Positions 43,758 through 55,566 of a DNA stretch of 64,000 nt are shown in pieces. The stretch covers positions 11,790-75,789 of the forward strand of contig CAWHIU010000001.1 in the NCBI GenBank assembly GCA_963829475.1, given 5' to 3'. Source of the DNA: an uncultured Actinomycetes bacterium. Its GTDB lineage: Bacteria > Actinomycetota > Acidimicrobiia > IMCC26256 > JANYLB01. The notes beneath the pieces were generated by a model, which saw only the letters and a program-made list of their open reading frames with translations, had not been told where the DNA came from and searched no databases. Numbering within the stretch: position 1 is the first letter of the stretch; the number at the start of each line of letters is the position of its first letter. Made by a program: the position numbers and the translations under genes.

Positions 43758-44591
43758 CTACGCGGGAGCGGCCGCTTCGGTCTCACCCGGGGCCATCGCG
43801 GCCAACGAATCGAGCAGCAGCTCGCGGGCTTCGCGCAGCTCGGCGATCCGCTCGGCCGCACCCCGCGACGTACCGCCCTGATCCGGATGGGCGACTCGGA
43901 GCAGGCGCCGGAACCGGCGCTGCACGTCGGTGCGCTCGACCTCGGTGTCGGCATGCAAGCCGAGCACCTCCATCGCCCAGCGCCGCTCGGCCGGGACGTT
44001 GCGCCACACCTCGGGATCGAATCCGTCGTGTCCACCGAAGGCGTCGTCGGCACCGGCCCGGTACGAACCTGCCGCGTACGAACCGAGTGGTGGCGGCGCC
44101 GCTCCGGGCATGCCCTGGAGGAGACGACGGATCTCCACACCTTCCGGCATCTCCCCCGGCCGGGCGAGCGCCGCGTCGATCGCCCGGAACGCGATCGACC
44201 GTGAGGTGGCGCCCATCGCGGCCGCAGCCATGAGCGCGCCGATCACCTGGGGTGCGGAGCGTCCGTGGACGTCGAGCTCGATGACCACGCGCCCGGGTTC
44301 GGCGAGGAACCGGTGTCGGGAACGGTCGAGCCCGTGGATGTCGGTCTGGAGCCGGTACCGGAGCGCGATGCGCGGCACACCGAGGGCGCCTTTGCGGGCG
44401 TCGCGCACGAAGCGCGGTAGGAGCTCCTGCTGCTCCTCGTCGAGCCCGTCGAAGAACTCCGACATGACTGCACCGAGCAGCACCGCGCCGTACGCGCTCC
44501 CGTTGGTGGGCAGGTACCCCGGATCGATCGCGACGCGCCGCGTCGGCTGGTGCCGCCGGGTATGACGAACATTCAACTCGGAGAGAACCAA
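43758..44591 (-). CDS. Protein with C-terminal J-domain
   Basis: EVLGL...VQRRFRRLLRVAHPDQGG...IAELREARELL. Confidence 0.8.
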   Translation of the reverse strand: MVLSELNVRHTRRHQPTRRVAIDPGYLPTNGSAYGAVLLGAVMSEFFDGLDEEQQELLPRFVRDARKGALGVPRIALRYRLQTDIHGLDRSRHRFLAEPGRVVIELDVHGRSAPQVIGALMAAAAMGATSRSIAFRAIDAALARPGEMPEGVEIRRLLQGMPGAAPPPLGSYAAGSYRAGADDAFGGHDGFDPEVWRNVPAERRWAMEVLGLHADTEVERTDVQRRFRRLLRVAHPDQGGTSRGAAERIAELREARELLLDSLAAMAPGETEAAAPA

Positions 44592-44613
44592 CCCGACCCC
44601 AGGGTGTCGCGGG

Positions 44614-45819
44614 TTACAGCCTGTCTACGATCGCCGAGGCGAACTCGGATGTCTTCACCTCGGTGGCGCCGTCCATGAGGCGGGCGAAGTCGTAGGTGAC
44701 GATCTTGTCGGCGATCGTGGCCTCGAGCGCGCGCACGATGTCGTCGGCTGCTTCCTGCCAACCCAGGTGCTCGAGCATCATCACGCCGCTCAACAACACC
44801 GAGCCGGGGTTGACCTTGTCCTGCCCCGCGTACTTCGGTGCAGTGCCGTGCGTCGCCTCGAAGATGCCGTGACCGGTGACGTAGTTGATGTTGCCGCCCG
44901 GTGCGATGCCGATGCCGCCGACCTGGGCCGCGAGCGCGTCCGACAGGTAGTCGCCGTTCAGGTTCAGCGTCGCGATCACGTCGAACTCGTCGGGACGCGT
45001 GAGCACCTGCTGCAAGGTGATGTCGGCGATGGCGTCCTTCACGAGGATCTTGTCGCCGGGCTTGCCGTCGCAATCGTCCCATCCGACGGCGACGTCGGAG
45101 AACTCGTCGCGCGTGAGCTCGTAGCCCCAGTTGCGGAACGCGCCCTCGGTGAACTTCATGATGTTGCCCTTGTGCACGAGCGTGACCGACTTCCGGTCAC
45201 GCTTCACCGCGTAGTTGATCGCGGCGCGGATGAGGCGCTTCGAACCACTCTCGGACACCGGCTTGATGCCCACGCCGGAGTCGGGCTTGATGTCCCACCC
45301 GAAGTTGTCCTTCAGGAGACCGATGAGCTTCTTCGCATCGGGCGTGCCCTCCTCGGCTTCGAGCCCCGCGTAGATGTCTTCGGTGTTCTCACGGAAGATC
45401 ACCATGTCGACGAGCTCCGGGTGCTTGACCGGGCTGGGGACACCGGCGAAGTAGCGCACCGGGCGCAGACACACGTACAGGTCGAGGATCTGGCGCAGCG
45501 CGACGTTCAGGGAACGGATGCCGCCACCGATCGGGGTGGTGAGCGGACCCTTGATCCCGATCAGGTACTCGCGGAACGTGTCGACGGTCGCCTGGGGCAA
45601 CCAGTCGCCGGTCTCGTCGAAGGCCTTCTGGCCCGCGAGGACCTCGAGCCACTCGATCCGACGCTCACCGCCGTAGCGCTTGGCGACCGTGGCGTCGATG
45701 ACCAGCTTGGCCGCCGGCCAGATGTCGACGCCGGTGCCGTCGCCTTCGATGAACGGGATGATGGGCTCGGCGGGCACGTCGAGCACGCCATCGGTGAGGG
45801 AGATCTTCTCGGGGGACAT
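44614..45819 (-). CDS. icd: NADP-dependent isocitrate dehydrogenase
   Basis: [10 protein letters not shown]; IKGPLTTP; RENTEDIY; [12 protein letters not shown]; [11 protein letters not shown]. Confidence 0.97.
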   Translation of the reverse strand: MSPEKISLTDGVLDVPAEPIIPFIEGDGTGVDIWPAAKLVIDATVAKRYGGERRIEWLEVLAGQKAFDETGDWLPQATVDTFREYLIGIKGPLTTPIGGGIRSLNVALRQILDLYVCLRPVRYFAGVPSPVKHPELVDMVIFRENTEDIYAGLEAEEGTPDAKKLIGLLKDNFGWDIKPDSGVGIKPVSESGSKRLIRAAINYAVKRDRKSVTLVHKGNIMKFTEGAFRNWGYELTRDEFSDVAVGWDDCDGKPGDKILVKDAIADITLQQVLTRPDEFDVIATLNLNGDYLSDALAAQVGGIGIAPGGNINYVTGHGIFEATHGTAPKYAGQDKVNPGSVLLSGVMMLEHLGWQEAADDIVRALEATIADKIVTYDFARLMDGATEVKTSEFASAIVDRL

Positions 45820-45902
45820 GGCTCGCATGTTATCGACGGGCCCCCTGCCGCTCCCCAACGGCCGTCAGTGCGCTCCACGACGGTCATGCAGGGCGGCGAC
45901 GG

Positions 45903-46127
45903 TCAATGCAGGGCGACGACCAGGATCAGGACCACGACGTAGATCGCGACGAGGCCGCCCAGCGTCGCCCACAACGCGGGCCGGGAGAACGGGCTCGGGC
46001 TCTCGGGCCCGATGCCGACGACCATGCCGCACATCCGGCACCGCTCGGGGTCGACGGTGAGCGGCGTGCCGCAGAGCGCACACACGCCGGCGTCGGACGG
46101 CGGCAGGCTGGCCTCGGGGAGACTCAT
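45903..46127 (-). CDS. Small zinc-ribbon membrane protein
   Basis: CALC...CRMC plus C-terminal TM; ATGA overlap with folD. Confidence 0.65.
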   Translation of the reverse strand: MSLPEASLPPSDAGVCALCGTPLTVDPERCRMCGMVVGIGPESPSPFSRPALWATLGGLVAIYVVVLILVVALH

Positions 46128-46991
46128 CGGCTCACTCCCGCGCGGCGCTCGGCCGCATCGACGAGATTCCGGAACAGCATCGCGATCGTGGTCGGCCCGA
46201 CGCCGCCGACGCGGGGCGTGATCGCCCCCGCGACCGCTTCGCAGCGCTCGTCGACGTCGGGAAGGAGCCTGCGGCCCTCGTAGCGCACTCCCCCGCCCAC
46301 GACGACCGCACCGGGGGAGATGTGCTCGGGTTGCAGGATCCCGGGCACGCCGGCGGCCGCGATCACGATCCCGGCCCGGCGGGTGTACGTCGGCCAGTCG
46401 GGGATGCCCGTGTGCACGACGGTGACCGCGGCGTTCGCGGTCGGACGCTTCTGCGACAGCAGCAGCGCGAGCGGACGGCCGAGGGTCATGCCCCGGCCGA
46501 GGATGCACACCTCGTGGCCGGCGACGGGGATCTCGTAGAACGCGAGCAGCGCCTCGATCCCGGCCGGCGTGCACGGAACCGGGACCGGGCACCATCAGCG
46601 CCAGGCGACCCATGTTGACCGGGTGCAGGCCGTCGACGTCCTTGTCGGGATCGAGCTCGAGCAGCGCGGCCTCGTAGTCGATCTGCGGCGGTGCGGGATG
46701 CTGGAAGAGGACGCCGTCGATGTCGGGATCGTCGTTCAGCTCGTGGATCGCGGCGAGCACCGTCGCCTGCGTCGTGTCGGCGGGCAGGTGGATGTGGGGC
46801 GAGCGGCATCCGAGCTCGGCCGCCTTCGCCTGCTTCATCCCGATGTAGCGCGCGCTGGCGTCGTCGTCGCCGACGAGGAGCGTGCCGAGGCCCGGCGTGT
46901 GGCCGTTCTCCCGGAGCTTCTCGATCCTCGGGATCAGATCGGCGAACACCGCCTCGGCGACCGGAGTCCCGGGCATCAATGTGGCGTTCAT
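46124..46991 (-). CDS. folD: Methylene-THF dehydrogenase/cyclohydrolase, frameshift ~46580
   Basis: [10 protein letters not shown]; [16 protein letters not shown]. Confidence 0.92.
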
Positions 46992-47001
46992 CGGGTCGCG
47001 C

Positions 47002-48506
47002 TCAATGCAGGAAGTGCCTCTCGCCGGTGAAGACCATCGCGAGACCGAGCTCGTCGGCCCGTTCGATGTTCACATCATCCCGCATCGCTCCGCCCGGTTG
47101 GATGACCACCGCGACGCCCGCGGCGGCGGCGGCATCGATGCCGTCGGGGAAGGGGTAGAACGCGTCGCTCGCGCCGGCGCCGCCCTCGGCCCGGCCGTCG
47201 GCCTTCTTGGCCGCGATCTCGCCCGATTCGACCCGGTTCTGCTGGCCGGCGCCGATGCCGACGGCCTGACCGTCCTTCACCAGCACGATCGCGTTCGACT
47301 TCACGTGCCCGCAGACCCGCCACGCGAGCTCGGCGTCGGCCCACTGCTCGGCGGTCGGCTGCACCTTCGTGACCACCCGCCAGTCGTCGCGTGCCGCGGC
47401 GAAGTGGTGGGCCTCCTGCACCAGGAAGCCCGCCGGAGAGCTGGCGGTAGTCGCGACCCGAGCGGCTCGGGCCGGGCGGGCGCCTCGAGCAGGCGGGTGT
47501 TCTTGCGCTTGGCCCGGAGCGCGTCGAGCGCGCCGGGCGCGTAGCCGGGCGCGATCACGACGTCGGCCTGCGGCCCGTCGACCATCAGCGCGACGGTGGC
47601 GGCGTCGAGTGGTCGGTTCACCGCGACGATGCCACCGAACGCGGAGCGTTCGTCGCACTCGAGCGCGCGGCGGTACGCGGTGGCGAGGTCGGCAGCGACG
47701 GCGACGCCGCACGGGTTCGCGTGCTTGATGATGGCGCACGTCGGCTGGTCCCCGAGATCGTGCACGAGGCGCCACGCGGCATCGGTGTCGTAGAAGTTGA
47801 GGTACGAGAGCGCGAGGCCGCTGTGTTGCTCGACTGCGTCCCACCAGCTCTCGCTCCCGGCGAGTCGGTAGCGCGCCGCGGCCTGGTGCGGGTTCTCGCC
47901 GTAGCGGAGCGGCTCGTCGGTCTGTTCGAGCGCGAGGACGACGTGCTTCGGGAGGACCTCGTCGGCCTGCATCCACTCGACGATCGCCGCGTCGTAGGCG
48001 GCCGTGCGCGCGAACGCCTCGAGCGCGAGCGCGCGGCGGGTCTCGGCGCTGAGCGCGCCATCGGCCCGCAACTCGGCGAGCACGGCGTCGTACTGATCCG
48101 GGCTGGTGACGATCGCGACCGACGCGTGGTTCTTCGCCGCCGCGCGCGTCATCGCGGGACCGCCGATGTCGATGAGATCCACCGACGGGTCGGTGTGGAA
48201 CGGGTAGAGGTTCGACACGACGAGGTCGAACGGCTGGATGTCGTACTCGGCCATGTCGGCCCGGTGGGTCGCACTCGTCGGATCGGCGAGCAGCCCGCCG
48301 TGGATCTTCGGGTGCAGCGTGACGACCCGGTGATCGAGGATCGGCGGGAAGCCGGTGATCTCGGCGACGTCGGTCACGGGGAGTCCGGCCTCGGTGAGCG
48401 CCTGAGCCGTGCTGCGGCTCGACACGAGCTCCCAGCCGAGATCGTGCAGGCCGCGGGCGAGGTCGGCCACACCGGCCTTGTCGTACACGGAGAGCAGGGC
48501 ACGCAT
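47002..48506 (-). CDS. purH: Bifunctional AICAR transformylase/IMP cyclohydrolase, frameshifted ~47450
   Basis: RALLSVYDK; IDIGGP; RYGENPHQ; SDAFYPF; FTGERHFLH. Confidence 0.95.
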
Positions 48507-49063
48507 CAGTCGTCCTCTTCGATGAGTTGGCGGAGCACCGCGGGGTAGATCCGGCGTTCGACGGCCTTGATCCGCTCGTGCAGGGTTTCGGGCGTGTCCT
48601 CGGCGAAGACAGGGACCGCCTCCTGGGCGAGGATCGGCCCGTCGTCGACCTCGAGCCGGGCGATGTGGACCGTGCAGCCGGTGACCTTCACGCCGGCCGC
48701 GAGCGCGTCGTCGACCGCGTGCCAGCCCTTGAACGCGGGCAGCAGCGCCGGATGGGTGTTGATGATCCGGTCGGGGAAGGCATCGTGGGCCGGCGGGTCG
48801 AGGATCGTGCCGAAGCCGGCCATCGCGACGAGATCCACCCGGTGGCGTTCGAGCGCGTCGACGACCCGTTCGGTGTAGGCGAGGCGGTCGAAGTCGTCGC
48901 CGAAGCTCTCCCGGGCCACCAACTCGTTCGGCAGACCGGCCGCAACCGCCCGCTCGAGCGCCCCGCACGGCCGGTCGGCCAACACGAGCGCGATCGGGAG
49001 GCCCTCCTCGAGCATGGCCTGCAGGATGGTTCCACTTCCGGACGCGAGCACCGCCAAGCGCAT
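48506..49063 (-). CDS. purN: Phosphoribosylglycinamide formyltransferase
   Basis: VLASGSGT; [12 protein letters not shown]; [10 protein letters not shown]; DDGPI. Confidence 0.95.
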   Translation of the reverse strand: MRLAVLASGSGTILQAMLEEGLPIALVLADRPCGALERAVAAGLPNELVARESFGDDFDRLAYTERVVDALERHRVDLVAMAGFGTILDPPAHDAFPDRIINTHPALLPAFKGWHAVDDALAAGVKVTGCTVHIARLEVDDGPILAQEAVPVFAEDTPETLHERIKAVERRIYPAVLRQLIEEDD

Positions 49064-49105
49064 CGCGCTCAAGCTAGCTCGCGCCGCCGTCGATCCTGAG
49101 ATGCG

Positions 49106-49600
49106 ATGGATGCGAACCAGCCCGGTCGGGCCGCGAGAGCCAGGATGACCGTCGGAGAGTGGGTCGTCGTCGCGGCGACGGTCGCGCTCGTCGTGGGGTC
49201 GTTCCTGCCCTGGTACACGCTTCCGACGAAGGTGGTGCTCGCCCCGGGCGTCAATCGGACCTTCACTGCATGGTCGACCGGATTCGCCCCGACGACACTG
49301 CTCCCCCTCCTGTTCGCGCTCGCGATCGCAGTCCCGACCGTGCTCGAGCGCGTCGCCGACCTGCACATGCCGGAACGCATCGTCGGGATCCGTCGCACGC
49401 AGCTGCGGCTGATCCTCGCTGGAGGAGGGCTGCTGCTCGTCGTCGCCGAAGTCGCGACGACTCGCGAGTACGGCCCGGTGGCACTGGTTCGCAGCCTCGG
49501 GCTGTGGCTGACGCTCCTCGGCGCCACCGCGCTCCTCGTGGGCGTGGTCCTCGACCACACTCGTTCCGGCGTCGTCAACGCGCCGAAAACGGCGCGCTGA
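49106..49600 (+). CDS. Hypothetical 4-TM membrane protein
   Basis: GSFLPWY plus four hydrophobic segments. Confidence 0.65.
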   Translation: MDANQPGRAARARMTVGEWVVVAATVALVVGSFLPWYTLPTKVVLAPGVNRTFTAWSTGFAPTTLLPLLFALAIAVPTVLERVADLHMPERIVGIRRTQLRLILAGGGLLLVVAEVATTREYGPVALVRSLGLWLTLLGATALLVGVVLDHTRSGVVNAPKTAR

Positions 49601-49623
49601 CGACGCTGGTTCGGAGTTCGGGG

Positions 49624-50517
49624 CTACGCGAGGCCCAGGTCCTTGACCACACCGGCCATGAGCTCGCCGGCCTCGGTCGGGTTGAGACCGACCAACACGC
49701 CGGCTTCGCGCAGCGCGTCCATCTTCGCCTGCGCAGTGCCCTTCGAGCCCGAGATGATGGCGCCCGCGTGGCCCATCTTCTTTCCGGGCGGCGCGGTCAC
49801 GCCGGCCACGTACGACACCACCGGCTTCGACACACTCGAAGCGATGAATGCTGCCGCCTCTTCTTCGGCCGATCCGCCGATCTCGCCGATCATCATCACG
49901 GCCTTGGTCTCGTCGTCGGCCTCGAACGCCCGCAGACAGTCGATGAAGCTCGTGCCGGGTACGGGGTCGCCGCCGATGCCGACGCAGGTGGTCACGCCGA
50001 TGTCTTTCTGCTGGAGCTCGTAGAGCGCCTGGTACGTGAGCGTGCCCGAACGGCTCACGATGCCCACCGGGCCACCAGCCTTCGCGATGTGACCGGCGGT
50101 GATGCCGATGTTCGCCTTGCCGGGGCTGATGATCCCGGGGCAGTTCGGACCGAGCAGCTGCACGTTCGGGAACTCACGCTTCAGGTCGTTGTAGAACCAC
50201 GCTTCGTCGTGCGCGGGCACGCCCTCGGTGATCACCACGATGAACTCCACGCCGCCGCGCGCCGCGTCGAGCACGGCGTCTTTCACGCCCGGCGCGGGGA
50301 TGAACACGCACGACGCGGTCGCGCCCGTCTCCTGCACCGCGTCGCCGACGCTGGCGAAGATCGGGATGCCTTCGACGTCGGTGCCGGCCTTCTTCGGGTT
50401 CGTGCCCGCGACGACCTGCGTGCCGTACTCCTTGTTCAACAGGCCGTAGAAGCGCCCCTGTGAACCGGTCAGGCCCTGGTACACGACCTTGGTGTTCTCG
50501 TCGACGAAGATGCTCAC
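49624..50517 (-). CDS. sucD: Succinyl-CoA ligase alpha subunit
   Basis: GPNCPG; SRSGTLTY; GIGGDP; KMGHAGA. Confidence 0.97.
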   Translation of the reverse strand: MSIFVDENTKVVYQGLTGSQGRFYGLLNKEYGTQVVAGTNPKKAGTDVEGIPIFASVGDAVQETGATASCVFIPAPGVKDAVLDAARGGVEFIVVITEGVPAHDEAWFYNDLKREFPNVQLLGPNCPGIISPGKANIGITAGHIAKAGGPVGIVSRSGTLTYQALYELQQKDIGVTTCVGIGGDPVPGTSFIDCLRAFEADDETKAVMMIGEIGGSAEEEAAAFIASSVSKPVVSYVAGVTAPPGKKMGHAGAIISGSKGTAQAKMDALREAGVLVGLNPTEAGELMAGVVKDLGLA

Positions 50518-51666
50518 GCTCGTGCTCCTCCAGCGAGCTCGACGGCACTGCGGGCCGCATCGAGCATGGTGGGCTGCAGTTGCAGCCGGTCGGACAGATG
50601 GGGTTCCAGGATCGCCCGGCCCTCGTCGGCGTTGGTGCCGTCGAGGCGGATCACGATCGGCGAGTCGATCTTCACCCGCTCGAGCGCCTGCACGATGCCG
50701 TTCGCGACTTCCTCGCCCTTGGTGATCCCACCGAAGATGTTGATGAAGATCGATCGGACGTTGGGGTCGTTGTTGATGACCTCGAGCGCGCCTGCCATCA
50801 CGTCGGCGTTCGCACCGCCGCCGATGTCGAGGAAGTTCGCGGGCTTGCCACCCACCTGGTTCACGATGTCGACGGTGCTCATGGCGAGCCCGGCGCCGTT
50901 GGCGATCACGCCGACGAAGCCGTCGAGGCCGACGTACTGCAGACCCTTGTCGTGCGCGGCCTGTTCGCGCTCGTCGCGCACCTGGATCGCGTCGTACTGC
51001 TCGTAGTCGGGGTGACGGAACACCGCGTTGTCGTCGAGCGTCACCTTGGCGTCGAGCGCGTGCACGCGCCCGTCGGGCGTGAGGATCAAGGGGTTGATCT
51101 CGCACGAGGTCGGCGTCGCCGTCGGTGTACGCCTCGTAGAGCTTCAGCAGGATGTCGACCGCTCCGTCGGTGGCGGCGGGATTGAGCTGCGCCGCCTCGA
51201 CCCACGCGCGACAGTCGGCCTCGGAGAGCCCGTCGACGGGGTTCACGTGGATGCGCGCGATGGCATCGGGGTTCTCGTCGGCGACCTGCTCGATCTCGAC
51301 ACCACCCTGAGCCGAGAGCATCCCGAGGTGCAGCTTCGCGGCGCGGTCGAGCGTGAACGACGCGTAGTACTCCTCGGCGATGTCGCTCGCCTTCTCGATC
51401 CACACCACGTCGACGCGGTGACCCTTGATGTCCATCCCGAGGATGTTCGACGCGTGGGTGCGGACCTCGTCGACGTCGGACGCGAGCTTGACTCCCCCGG
51501 CCTTCCCTCGACCCCCCACGAGCACCTGGGCCTTCACGACGACGGGGTAGCCCACGTCTTCCGCGACGGCAACGGCTTCGTCGACGGTCGTGACCGGCGC
51601 GCCGGCCGAGACCGGGATGCCGTAGCGCGCGAACAGTTGCTTGCCTTGGTACTCGAGTAGATCCAC
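50514..51666 (-). CDS. sucC: Succinyl-CoA ligase beta subunit, frameshift ~51105
   Basis: LLEYQGK; KAQVLVGGRGKAGGV; NGAGLAM; ANFLDIGGG. Confidence 0.95.
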
Positions 51667-51707
51667 GGTGCTCCTGGGTCGAGTGGTTCGAGATTCAGAC
51701 GAAAGAA

Positions 51708-52124
51708 CTAGCGCGCCGGCAGCGCCTCCCGGGCATCGAGCGCCGCGGCGAGCCAATCGGAGATGATCCGGAACGGGGTCTCCGGCGCGAAGAGGCGGGC
51801 GACCCCGGCCTCGGTGAGCGGCCCGATGTCGGCCTCGGGGATGGTCCCGCCACCGAACACGATCACGTCGTCGAGGCCCTGCTCGGCCAGGAGCTCGACC
51901 ACGCCGGGGAAGAGCGTCGTGGGCGCGCCGGAGGGCAGTGAGATCCCCACCGCGTCGGCATCCTCTTCCAGGGCCGAGGTTGCGATGTGTTCCGGCGTCT
52001 GGAAGAGACCGGTGTAGATCACCTCGAAGCCACCGTCGCGCAACGCCCGGGCGAGCACCGTGGCGCCGCGATCGTGCGCTTCGAGACCGGGCTCGGCGAT
52101 GACGACGCGGTAACGCCGCTCCAT
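51708..52124 (-). CDS. Cobalamin B12-binding domain protein (methylmalonyl-CoA mutase C-terminal-like), degenerate motif
   Basis: [13 protein letters not shown]...[18 protein letters not shown]; VFGGGTIP. Confidence 0.8.
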   Translation of the reverse strand: MERRYRVVIAEPGLEAHDRGATVLARALRDGGFEVIYTGLFQTPEHIATSALEEDADAVGISLPSGAPTTLFPGVVELLAEQGLDDVIVFGGGTIPEADIGPLTEAGVARLFAPETPFRIISDWLAAALDAREALPAR

Positions 52125-52262
52125 GGGCGGGCTGCTCTCGTGATCGGGGTGTGCGGGTCGGCGGCTGCGGTTCGGAGGTGGGCGCCGGGGCCCGCCTACG
52201 CTCGGACCGGCGCGCGAACGATAGTCATGCTGGTCAGCACGCGAGAAATGCCGGAAGGGCCG

Positions 52263-52709
52263 ATGACCGCCACGTCGAAAACCTCCACCACCACCCTGCT
52301 GATCATCACCGGCGCCCTCGCGATCGGCGTCGGGCTCATCGTCGCCGCGCTCCTCCTCGTCTCGACCGGCCAGAGCGGCAACGCCCCCAAGGGGCCCTTC
52401 CTCCTCGGGTCGGCCGCCGGATTGCGCGACGAGGTGAAACAGAGCCCCGTCTACATCGCGGACCCGACGGGTGGTGACGGGCTCTGGCTCGACCGCCTCG
52501 GCAAAGGGTTCGTCGCGTTCTCGGTGATCCCACCCGGCCGCTCCGCCAACTGCTCGATCCGTTGGCGCGACTCGATCAAGGCGTACCAAGACTGCAAGAG
52601 CCGGCGGTACCACTCCGATCAGCTCGCCACCTACCCGCTCGATCTCCGAAAGGGCTTGCTCTACGTCGACACGCGCCGCACGGTCGGGCCGACGGCGAGC
52701 ACCGGCTAG
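52263..52709 (+). CDS. Membrane-anchored hypothetical protein, possible Rieske-fold remnant
   Basis: N-terminal TM; FVAFSV...NCSIRW...YQDC...[16 protein letters not shown]. Confidence 0.55.
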   Translation: MTATSKTSTTTLLIITGALAIGVGLIVAALLLVSTGQSGNAPKGPFLLGSAAGLRDEVKQSPVYIADPTGGDGLWLDRLGKGFVAFSVIPPGRSANCSIRWRDSIKAYQDCKSRRYHSDQLATYPLDLRKGLLYVDTRRTVGPTASTG

Positions 52710-55028
52710 AGCTTCTTCAACGGAGCCCACGCGAGGAGCAGACGCTTCTCGCCGACGTCGCGGAACCGCACGATGGCCTCGGCCTTGTCGCCCTGGCCGA
52801 TCACGTCGGTGATCACACCTTCGCCGAACTTCTCGTGCCCGACGTCGTCGCCGACCCGCAAGCCGAGTTGCTCCGCCCCTCGTCCACCGACGGGCTGCGA
52901 CGCCTGACGCACCGCCGCGTTCACGACCGCGTCGCGATGACCCCCGAGACCGGAGCGACTCGCGCGTCGCTCCTCACCGATCGAGCGCACGAGCTCCTCG
53001 GGGATCTCGCGCAGGAACCGACTGGGTGGGTAGTACTCGGTCGCGCCGAACAGGCTGCGGCACCACGCGTGGCAGAGGTACAGCCGTTCCCGGGCCCGGG
53101 TGATCCCGACGTAGCAGAGCCGACGTTCCTCCTCGAGCTCGTCGGGCTCGCCGAGGCTGCGCGAGTGCGGGAAGACGCCGTCTTCCATGCCGGTGAGGAA
53201 CACCACCGGGAACTCCAGACCCTTCGCGGTGTGGAGCGTCATCAGCGTGACCGCAGAGTTGTCGGCACCTTCGGCGCCATCGAGATCGGTCACGAGCGAG
53301 ATGCCTTCGAGGAAGGCCTGGATCCGGGTGACACCGGTCGGGGGCTCGACGTCGGCGGCGTCGGTCCCGGCGATGGCTGCGAGCCCCGCCGCGGGAATGG
53401 AAGCGCGTTGCTGCTCCTCGAGCTGCTCGTCGAACTGGGTCGCCACCCCGACGAGCTCCAGCAGGTTCTCGATCCGGCCCTGGGCCTCGATCGACCGCTC
53501 CACCTCGAGCTCGGCGAGGTATCCGGTGCGCTGCAGCATCGCGTCGAGCGTTGCTCCGACCCCCTGGTCGGCGTCGGCCTCGAGCCCCGACGACCACCTC
53601 GAGCAGCTCCCGGATGCCACCGAGCGCCTTGCCGTTGACGCCGGCTGCCGCGGCCGACGCGAGCGCATCGCGGAACGGAACGCTCGCGCCCTGCGCGTAC
53701 GCGTCGATCTTGCGCACCGAGGTGTCGCCGACACCGCGACGCGGCGTGTTGACGATGCGCTTCCAACTCACCTCGTCGTCGGGATTCACGATCGCTCGTA
53801 GGTACGCCAGCGCGTCCTTGATCTCGCGACGGTCGTAGAACTTCGTTCCGCCGATGACGCGGTACGGCGTACCCGCGCGCACGAGCGCTTCTTCGATCAC
53901 GCGACTCTGCGCGTTGGTCCGGTAGAAGACGGCCACGTCGTCGAAGCGATGGCCCTCGCTGTCGGTGAGCCGGTCGATCTCGTGCACGATGAACGCGGCT
54001 TCGTCGTGCTCGTCTTCGGCCTGGTAGCGGGTGAGCAGCTCACCACCGATCTGATCGGTCCACAGGTGCTTCGGGCGCCGAGCCGCGTTGTTCGCGATCA
54101 CCGCGTTGGCGGCATCGAGGATGCGTTGCGTGGAGCGGTAGTTCTGCTCCATCACGATCACACTCGCCTCGGGGAACGCCTCCTCGAACCGCATCAGGTT
54201 GCGAAAGTCAGCACCGCGGAACCTGTAGACCGACTGATCGGCGTCTCCAACGACCATGACGTTGCGGTGCTCGGCGGTGAGCATCCGCACGATCTCCCAC
54301 TGCGCCATGTTCGTGTCCTGGAACTCGTCGACGAGCACGTACTCAAAACGGTGTTGCCACCGGGCGAGCACGTCGGGGTGCTCCCGGAAGAGGCGCACGA
54401 CGAGGAGGAGCAGGTCGTCGAAGTCGGCCGCCGACGCGTCGTGAAGACGCTTCTGGTACTCGGTGTAGATCTCGGCGATCTTGCGTTCGAACGGCCCGAC
54501 CGCGCGGTCGAACGCCTCGGCCGGGCTCACGAGCTCGTTCTTCATGGCCGAGATCAGGCCCTGGGTCCGCCGGGCCGGGAAGCGCTTCGGGTCGAGGTCG
54601 AGGTCGCGCCGGACGTAGTCGGTGAGGCGGACGGCGTCGGCCTGGTCGTAGATCGTGAACGACGACCGGTAGCCGAGACGTTCGATGTCGCGGCGCAGGA
54701 TCCGCGCGCACGCCGAGTGGAACGTCGACACCCACATGCGGCGAGCGACCGGACCGACGAGGGCTTCGACGCGTTCCTTCATCTCGCCCGCGGCCTTGTT
54801 GGTGAACGTGATCGCGAGGATCTGGAACGGTGAGAGGTTCCGTTCACCGACGAGGTAGGCCACGCGGTGGGTGAGCACGCTGGTCTTGCCCGAGCCCGCG
54901 CCCGCGACCACGAGGATCGGACCGTCGGGCGCGCTCGCAGCCTCGCGTTGCACCGGGTTGAGCCCGGCGAGGAGGTCGGCCGTCGCGTCGCGTGGGGAGG
55001 AGTTGGTCGGAGGCGCGGCGTCGCTCAT
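52706..55028 (-). CDS. pcrA: ATP-dependent DNA helicase PcrA/UvrD, frameshift ~53590
   Basis: AGAGSGKT; DEFQDTN; [14 protein letters not shown]; QNYRS; [10 protein letters not shown]; [13 protein letters not shown]; C-terminal HEKFGEG. Confidence 0.96.
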
Positions 55029-55037
55029 CGACGACAA

Positions 55038-55053
55038 CCGTACAGGTGTTCGA
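55038..55053 (-). promoter_or_regulatory. Probable LexA box overlapping the pcrA -10
   Basis: Minus strand TCGAACACCTGTACGG (2 mismatches to TCGAAC-N4-GTTCGA); TACGGT lies 8 nt before ATG 55028. Confidence 0.6.
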
Positions 55054-55095
55054 TCGGCGCGCCTCGCACGTGCGCGTCGCGATCAGGCGAACCGA

Positions 55096-55407
55096 TCAGG
55101 GTTCGACGTGACCTTCGGCCGTCTCGAGTCGCAATTCGGCGGTCGCCTCGGAGGGCGGTGGTGGCGCGACCAGGTCGACGGACACGCTCGGGTCGACGTC
55201 GTCTCGGTAGGAACGCAGGAGTCGCGTGCGCTCGGGGTTCAACGCGACCGTGAACGAACCGTCGTCGTCGACCTCGAGCGCGTAGTACGACTCCCAATCT
55301 CCGTCGAACGAGGGCGCGGTGGGGTCTGCGCCGCGCGGCATGCGCCGGAAACGCATCCGCTCCGTGTCGAAGAGCCAGATGCTGTGAGAGGTGTCGATGC
55401 GCTCCAT
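55096..55407 (-). CDS. Hypothetical protein
   Basis: 103-aa ORF with host-like codon usage filling the gap. Confidence 0.6.
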   Translation of the reverse strand: MERIDTSHSIWLFDTERMRFRRMPRGADPTAPSFDGDWESYYALEVDDDGSFTVALNPERTRLLRSYRDDVDPSVSVDLVAPPPPSEATAELRLETAEGHVEP

Positions 55408-55566
55408 GGGGAAGCGTTCAGGGTAGCCGCGAAGAGGCCGGGTTCAACCAGCGAGGTCAAGACCCGATCCCACCGGGAGCGCCGGTCCCGGCAAGAGCTG
55501 CTGACACTCCGCGCAGAGAGTGACGGGCAGGCCACCGGGCCATGGATGAGCCTGCGGCCACCCTGC

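Noticed and set aside
49624-51756. SucC-SucD fusion ORF (and similar ApbE-reductase, oxidase-kinase and FolD-zinc-ribbon fusions)
   Set aside because: Produced by an indel shifting into the frame of the overlapping downstream gene
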